A stretch of DNA of 64,000 nucleotides from Eledone cirrhosa (lineage: Eukaryota). The stretch lies in assembly GCA_964016885.1 (NCBI GenBank), contig OZ024743.1, positions 198,400,001 to 198,464,000 on the forward strand, given 5' to 3'. Positions within the stretch are counted from its first letter, which is position 1, and each line of letters opens with the position of its first letter. Under the pieces are notes generated by a model. It did not search any database, was not told the DNA's origin, and saw only the letters and a program-made list of their open reading frames with translations. This document shows, piece after piece, positions 56,272 through 64,000 of the stretch. The position numbers were made by a program, and so were the translations under genes.

Positions 56272-57852
56272 TAAAGAGAGAGAGAGAGGGAGAGAGATAT
56301 GCGTGTTCTTCATTGTACTCCATTCTGCAGAGAAAGAGGGAGAGGAGGTATGAGAGAGAAAAAGAGAGAAAGGGTATGAGAAAAGAGGGGGGGGGGAGAA
56401 AGAAAGAGAGTGACGGAGATTGGGGAGGGGAGAAATGATAGCAGCGTTCGATAATTTTAACTGTCATTTATTTATTCTTTACAAAGGTTAACCTCCCCAT
56501 CCTCAACCTTACGTATCTTTCTCTCTCTCTCTTTCACACAAGACGTACTGTGACTGTGTGTGTGAGTGTGTGTGTATTTGTGTGTGTGAGTGTGTGTGTA
56601 TGTATGTGTGTGTTGTGTATGTTCGGGAAAGTTACACAAACACGCATCGTATGTAAATATATATATATGTATGTATATATATATATATGTATGAGCATAT
56701 GAATATATAGGTATATGTGTATATATATATGCATGTATGTGCATGCGTGCGTGTATATGTGTGTATATGCATGTATATTATATATATATATATAAAACAA
56801 AGGAATTGTGGTAAGGAACCAGATGGACCATAACGCACCAGAGTACTCAATACTTAGGGTAGTAGAGTGGGAAATAGGAAAAAGTATGACCCCGTCGAAA
56901 CGGCTTGAGCTGTGCCGTCGGGGTCATACTTTTTCCTATATATATATATATATAAATATATATATTTGTATTTGCGTGTGCGCATAATTATACACTGGCC
57001 TAAATCTTATTTATTATTTACTTTTACTATTTTAATAACCTCTGTCCGTTTAACAACCTTATTTACATTAATCTTAGTAATTATCCTCGTCTTTTTCCAT
57101 TCATTGCCTGGGAACGTCTTCATGAACCAAAGTATCGTCTTCCTGTTTTCCTTCGGTTGTAACGTTTTTCGAAAAGCGATTCTTTGCTTAAACTTTAATC
57201 TGTTATTTTAATATATATATATTGCTATTTCCATTAACAAATCTCAGGATCAGACTTTATCTATACAGGACTTCACTTGGAAGAGTCATGTTTCGAAAAC
57301 GAACAATTGTATGTTGGCTGCAAAATAAACCTATTTGCATATGCTCAACAAGGAAAAACAAGGAACATTGTTTACCAAGAGGTTTTATAATTGCATCAAC
57401 AAGGAGGCAGGTACGCACGCATCTTTTGAACAAACCTGGCGGAATTATTTTTCATTTGTTAACCAAAATCAGTTCATTTTGTCTCAGGTAAACGCCTATA
57501 AAGAGGAGATCCTCCATTGATTGACAAACGGCGAGAGAGATAACCTCCTTTAACCTCTTCCTTGGAGTCGACTGAAGCACTGCAGTGCAATGAAACAAAA
57601 CGTCATAACTTCTGGAGTTCACAACCGATTTTCACCAAACTGGGGACATGGGCTACGTACGTTCTACAGATGAATTTGAACACTCAGAATTGGCACATAT
57701 TGAGTAGGGGACCCCTGGTGGCAGTAACATTTTTTTGGAAGAAGCCGATGATTTTGCACAAGTATAGTTTTTGAAGAAGCACTGAAGTTTTGACATGAAT
57801 GCTGTACATGACTACTATTTAATACCCAAGTAACGCCGGGTACCTCTACTAG
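55829..57852 (+). mobile_element. Non-autonomous Helitron, interrupted by microsatellites and PLE fragments
   Basis: 5' end A|TCTATATATGTAAAA; 3' imperfect hairpin TACCC..CCGGGTA followed by CTAG|T. The motif CATAACTTCT..CAACCGATTTTC..CAAA.TGG is repeated near both ends (55871 and 57604). Confidence 0.65.
56797..56940 (-). mobile_element. Micro PLE-like insertion: tail + 21-bp fold-back hairpin (56875-56939)
   Basis: ATAGGAAAAAGTATGACCCCG / CGGGGTCATACTTTTTCCTAT. (TA)n on both sides. Confidence 0.65.
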
Positions 57853-58001
57853 TATCCAATAATAAGCGAATTCTCTATATTTATCTGATGACACTCGTAC
57901 GCACGGACAGCGTTCTGTATTGTTTTGGTAAAAACATAGTGCCCTATTGATAAGTATATATTCATGAACTTTTTAAGCATCGTCTGCAGAAATGAGATGT
58001 A

Positions 58002-58092
58002 ATCAGCATTTTATAGCAAATCTTGGGGCATATAGAGTTTCAGACACAGACACATACATAAAAACACACAGAGGCACACACACATAAGCACG

Positions 58093-58153
<61 letters not shown>

Positions 58154-58264
58154 TATATATGTGTGTGTGTGTGCGTGCTTATGTGTGTGTGCCTCTGTGT
58201 GTTTTTATGTATGTGTCTGTGTCTGAAACTCTATATGCCCCAAGATTTGCTATAAAATGCTGAT
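58002..58264. repeat. Perfect ~100-bp inverted duplication centred on (TA)n
   Basis: ATCAGCATTTTATAGCAAATCTTGGGGCATATAGAG..GCACGCACAC is mirrored exactly on the other side of the TA tract. Confidence 0.92.
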
Positions 58265-58277
58265 ATATATATATTTA

Positions 58278-58311
<34 letters not shown>

Positions 58312-59497
58312 GATACATATATACATGCAGTTTGTGTGTATTTAGATTGTGAAAGTAAATGAACGTGTGTGTGAGAGAGAGAGAGTATGGTATGAGAAAA
58401 AGAGGGAGATAGAGCGGAAGAGATTCAACGCGTATTTTAAGTGGTTAAATAGCCCTATATATTACATCAATAAAATTACGTTGTTATTTTTTATTTCTTG
58501 ATAAGTTGATTGCTTTAATTTGCTAACAATTAAATTGTTTTAAACGATCTTCTATTGTTGATGGATATGGCAGCGAGAGTAGAAGACTGATAGTGTCAGC
58601 GGCGATGGTTTGTCGGCTGCTGTAAATGCGCAATACGATACGATCTAGAAAACAAAAAACCAAATACTCTCTTAAAGTCCGCCATTTTAACGCTATGTAA
58701 TTTCCTCGGAGCTTAAGAAATTCCCAATGTTGCTTGTACTTACCTCGTCTCTCTTTCTATTCCCGTTCAATCTCTGATTTCTCTTCATCATTTACCTTCT
58801 CTTTCACAGCGCCCCTTTAAAGATACGTTATCTCGATAAAAATAAATCAATTTCTTATAGCATAAATAACAATAACGATATCGTTATCAGAACAACATCA
58901 AAAATAAATAAATAACAGTAGTAAACTAATAAGAAAACTAACAATGTTAACGATAAAATAACAACAGCAACAACGGCAACATAAAAAAATAATAATAACA
59001 ATAATTGCTACAATAATATGAAAAAAATGAAACAATAATGATAACAATGGCTGCAAAATAAACACAGCAAACCTAAAACAAAGAGAAAAAAGGAGAAAAA
59101 ATAATAGAGAAAGCGAGTAAAAGACAAAGCTATAAAACAATAAGCAATTCTCTTTAAAAATCTGCTGAAGCTGTTCAGAGAATGGAGAGCAATCATAATA
59201 GAGAGATAAAGAGAGGGTGTCTGAACGAACAGAGAAGAAAATAACATGATAAAACACAAAGAACATTATGACTTTACGCCATATTGACAGGCGATTAATT
59301 TCTAATAGACACAGAGATTTTTTCGAAAAGAAACAAATACATACAATAATCGTATATATATATATACACACACATATATATATGTCTATGTGCATATATA
59401 TATATATATATATATATGCACATAGACATACACAAAAACATATATATATATCTGTGTTTGTGTGTGTATGTATATATGCATATGTATATATATGTAC

Positions 59498-59577
<80 letters not shown>

Positions 59578-59684
59578 TGTGATGGAGATCCAATTATTTA
59601 CACATATATATATAAATTTATAGGTGTAAATAAATACGAAAATATAAAAATATACAAAACATACAGATATCCCCTTACTCCCCA

Positions 59685-59782
<98 letters not shown>

Positions 59783-60091
59783 ATATATATATACATATAT
59801 GTGTGATTTTGTGTGCATATGTAAATATCTATGAACATATACATCTATGAACATATAACGTGTGTGTATGCATGTACATGAGATCAACCAAGCAGATATA
59901 ATTTCCTGCACACGAACAACACGCAAATATACACATACTTATACATAACGCCTGCACAAAAGAAACCAATTTACATTGTTAAACAGCATTTTCTTTGTCA
60001 ATATCATTTATTCATTTATTTTAGCTTCTTTTCTTTTTATATACTTACCTTCATATATATCAACATTCCTATACGTAAATACATATATATG

Positions 60092-60177
<86 letters not shown>

Positions 60178-60189
60178 TACATATATATA

Positions 60190-60281
<92 letters not shown>

Positions 60282-60319
60282 CAGACATTACTCTCTCTAT
60301 ATATGCATACATATATATA

Positions 60320-60394
<75 letters not shown>

Positions 60395-60484
60395 TTATAT
60401 GTATGTATATATATAAACATGAACAAACACAAATATACTCACACTCACACGCACATATATATATATATATACATACATACATAC

Positions 60485-60554
<70 letters not shown>

Positions 60555-60997
60555 TAGTGTATGTATGTATATATGTATGCATATGTATGTATTTTATGTG
60601 TACATAAGGACGTATTTACGAGGAGGCAAGGTGAATTATAATTTCAACTAATTTTTCGAGCTCCATTATCGATTTAGCCTTTGATACCATGAAAAAGACT
60701 TCGCTTATTATATTGTTGCTTGATATTGTTATTATATCAATCATTGTATTTTTGTTGGTTGGGAGCGTCTGATGTCGGAACGGTTGTTTAGATAAATTTA
60801 TCTTTTGTGTTTTCTACGTTTATCTTTTTGTTTTATTCTCTTTTCTTTTTCGATTTATATTTTTGTATTTATTTTTGTTGCCAATTTATATTATTCCGCG
60901 CCATTTCGCCGATTATTATGTCTGCTATTGTTTCTTGCTTTTCAACTACTTTTTGAAACACTCTTCCTAAACATACGTGTACATATGCGTGTATATG

Positions 60998-60999
<2 letters not shown>

Positions 61000-61029
<30 letters not shown>

Positions 61030-61080
61030 TGTATGTATGTATGTATGTATGTATGTATGTATGTATGTATGTATGTATGT
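61000..61080. repeat. (TATG)n tetranucleotide repeat
   Basis: Seen directly. A (CATA)n tract also lies at 5295-5360. Confidence 0.95.
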
Positions 61081-61137
61081 GTGTGTGTATGTATTATGTA
61101 TGTATTATGTATGTATGCATATATGTACGCGTATATA

Positions 61138-61172
<35 letters not shown>

Positions 61173-61273
61173 GGGTGTATACATACACACACACACACAG
61201 ACACCCCCATATATATATATACATATATATTTATGTATGAATACTAGCAGATTTACACACACACACACACACA

Positions 61274-61306
<33 letters not shown>

Positions 61307-62254
61307 GTGTGCATTTGTGTGTGCTTGACTCTAGTTATAGGTGTATATGTGCATGTGCGTTTATATGTCTGGCTTCACATCCATCTTCTATATAAACATA
61401 GATATTTCTGTTTATTATAAGAAGCAATTTGTTTGTCTTCATTTTATTGTGTCTTCTTTTACTTTCCTTGCTTTGTTTCCTTTTATCTCTTAGCGTTGGC
61501 TATTGTTTGATGTATTTTCTTTGTTTTCCCCTCTACTACATATGTCTGCTTACCTGCAGCAAAATGGCGACTGAACTGTGAAAATATTTCCTTTTCATCT
61601 TTTTGTTTTATCATCTTATTTGTGTCATTCGTATTTTCTCTTTCCCTTTGTATGTTGTTTTATTTCATTTCTTTTCTATTTTCCATCATATATAACGTTG
61701 TTAAAAATGAAACAATTTATATATCTATTGTAAACAAGATGGATGCCTCGACATTAGCATTTCCGCTTGTTGAACGTTATGTCTCTATTTTTCACATTCT
61801 GACTTCTTTTTCCCATTTGTTTAACGCTTTCTTTTCTTAATTCTTTCATTGTTTCATTTGTCTCTTTTCTTTACTATTTGTTTCCTTTCTTTCTTTCTTT
61901 TGTTAGATTCTTTGTTTTTACCTCTTCTTTTCTTCGTCATTATTTTATAAGTGGGAATATTTTCTACAATTTTTTAGAAACAATTACTAAATCAGGTTTA
62001 CATGACGATGCATCATAATCGATTTTATATCATCATCGTCATTGGTGTAGTCATGATCGTTATCAACAGTCAATGCACGCTTAGAAATTATAACGCCAGT
62101 GATTTGATAAGATATCTTAACAACTATCCGTTTTCCAAGGCTCGGAGTCTCAGATCGGTGCTTATTTGTTTCCCAGTTGTTAAGCGATCCAGTGTAGATG
62201 AGTCATCCTTGCCGAACATGACAACAGTTTATCCAAGTTTAATTTAAGTTAATG

Positions 62255-62400
62255 CAGTACCCATTTTCAGCTGAGTAGCTGAGTGTTCAGGACGGACGTG
62301 AAATTAAGTATTTTTCTCATGAGCTCAAAGCATTACATCTCTAATAGTCGAAGCCATGATATTATGATCATTAATCCAACACTCTAACCATTAAGACACA
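62255..62400 (-). mobile_element. Decayed tRNA/CORE-type SINE
   Basis: The minus strand begins TGTGTCTTAATGGTTAGAGT (A-box-like) and continues to ACTCAGCTGAAAATGGGTACT. Confidence 0.45.
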
Positions 62401-63104
62401 CCCCTTCTCTTACAAAGTATTCTTTCGTGTAGCCTGCTTGAAATAGCAGTCAAATATTGTTCAAACCCCACCCTAACATCCCAAAACAGAAAACAAAACA
62501 CATCAGTAGAAGCACCGTGTCTGAAAATAAGAAGGGATTGTTAGGCCTGCGCTTGGACTAAACAGCATTTACAGCATAATAGTATTTGTTTTTATGAATA
62601 TCAGGAACTGCTTTTTCCTTTCACTTTGCTGTGACACTTCTAGGATAATAATTTAAAATTACACGGTATCAAACAACATAAAATCCGATTAACACGTGGC
62701 TTGAATATTCTGGAAAACCTTTGACATGTTGGCTATTTCAACGGGATGAGCTATTGACTAGAAGGTTCTTTATTGCACGTTGCAAAATATAGAAGGGTCA
62801 AAGACAAGGAAGCCGATATTTTGAACATAACATGCCGATCAAACTTTCTTCATGATATATTTCTTTAGAAGTGCCTCTCTTCTTATAATTCTGTTTATAT
62901 TTGGTTATCCTTGTATTTTTTTTACATTTGTTAAAGAAACGTTCGGTATATTTTTGGTCTGATATAGTTTCACTATATACTATTCACATGCGGTATCCTA
63001 GTGAATTCAAGCTGAGTATAGAAATGGGGAGCTTTAGAAAGGTAACCCACATGTCTATTTCATTTATGTCGTAAAAGTAAAGTCCATTACACTAATATTA
63101 TCTG

Positions 63105-63196
63105 TTTGCCTTTCATCCTTACGGGGTCGATAACATAAAGTAGCAGTAATGCGCTGGGTAATTGTTGGCCTTGTGCCAAAAAGTAGAAACAATTAT
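63105..63196 (+). mobile_element. SINE family A, 3' half
   Basis: TTTGCCTTTCATCCTTACGGGGTCGATAA..GGCCTTGTGCCAAAAAGTAGAAACAATT. Confidence 0.88.
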
Positions 63197-64000
63197 CTAT
63201 ATCGGTGAGCCTTTAAAGATATTCATTAGCGCGTACACGTCTTTCATAATTATATTTATTTACTTTGAATGATTTATCCACGAGGAATAGGCAAAACGTA
63301 ACATGTACCACACATATCAAAAACGTAGTGAATCAGTAAAGAGTATATTGTAAAAACCGTAGCCACAAAGTATGTACAACATTATATCTTTAGAGTCTGT
63401 CCTTACCAATAACTACCAAACTTTGGATGCATTTTAGCGTTGATAAGGTCAACATTATTTATATAGTACCTTAATTAGTACTATTCACAGGGATTGGCAT
63501 AATCAACGATTTTACTAGTATATTGGCGTAGATATAATGAAGTAGAGCTCGAAAAACAGCGCCATTAGGTCTATTGGTAAAAATGCTAATATAAGCCAAT
63601 GAAATAAGTTTTCAGTGAAACATTTTATAATTAAGAAAATAGGACGAGAATTATACACTCCCCATTCTTTGTTGACAAATTAATTGATAGTCTACGTCAC
63701 CTGTTTGTGAAGAAGCGTTCAATTAACTTACAAAATGAACTTGGCTTCGATTCGAATATCTGTCAGGCCTCGTTTGTCTAAATCTATCATTACAATGAGC
63801 ATATCAAACATTTCAATTCATGTATATCGATGATACACATATAATGAAATCTGAGTGACCACGTCATGTTTATCAGACAACTTGTGAATTAGACTCTAGC
63901 TGTCTAATGTCAATGTCAACGTTATCTTGGAACCCTGACAGGAGATGATACTGTTGTCAACATAACATAAAGTCATTCTCAGAGATTTTTGATTGTTTGA

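Overview
AT-rich, microsatellite-saturated eukaryotic DNA. The SINE families and repeat style suggest an octopus (cephalopod) genome; this is inference. I found no convincing host protein-coding gene, and most ORFs in the track are translations of (TA)n/(CA)n/(GA)n tracts. The real content is nested mobile DNA. (1) Many Penelope-like retroelements (PLEs: RT + GIY-YIG remnants) from several distinct families, almost all bounded by (TA)n and often built as an inverted pseudo-LTR arm plus a one-sided tail. (2) About 13 hand-foldable type I hammerhead ribozyme motifs and about 5 degenerate ones in PLE ends and small non-coding elements, including a class with a long helix II. (3) An internally inverted, duplicated Helitron Rep/helicase relic and a non-autonomous Helitron. 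(4) A bipartite RTE-LINE derivative starting with an HDV-like ribozyme candidate. (5) tRNA-derived SINEs and hAT remnants. All folds and coordinates were read by eye; ends are approximate to a few bases, and no ribozyme activity is demonstrated.
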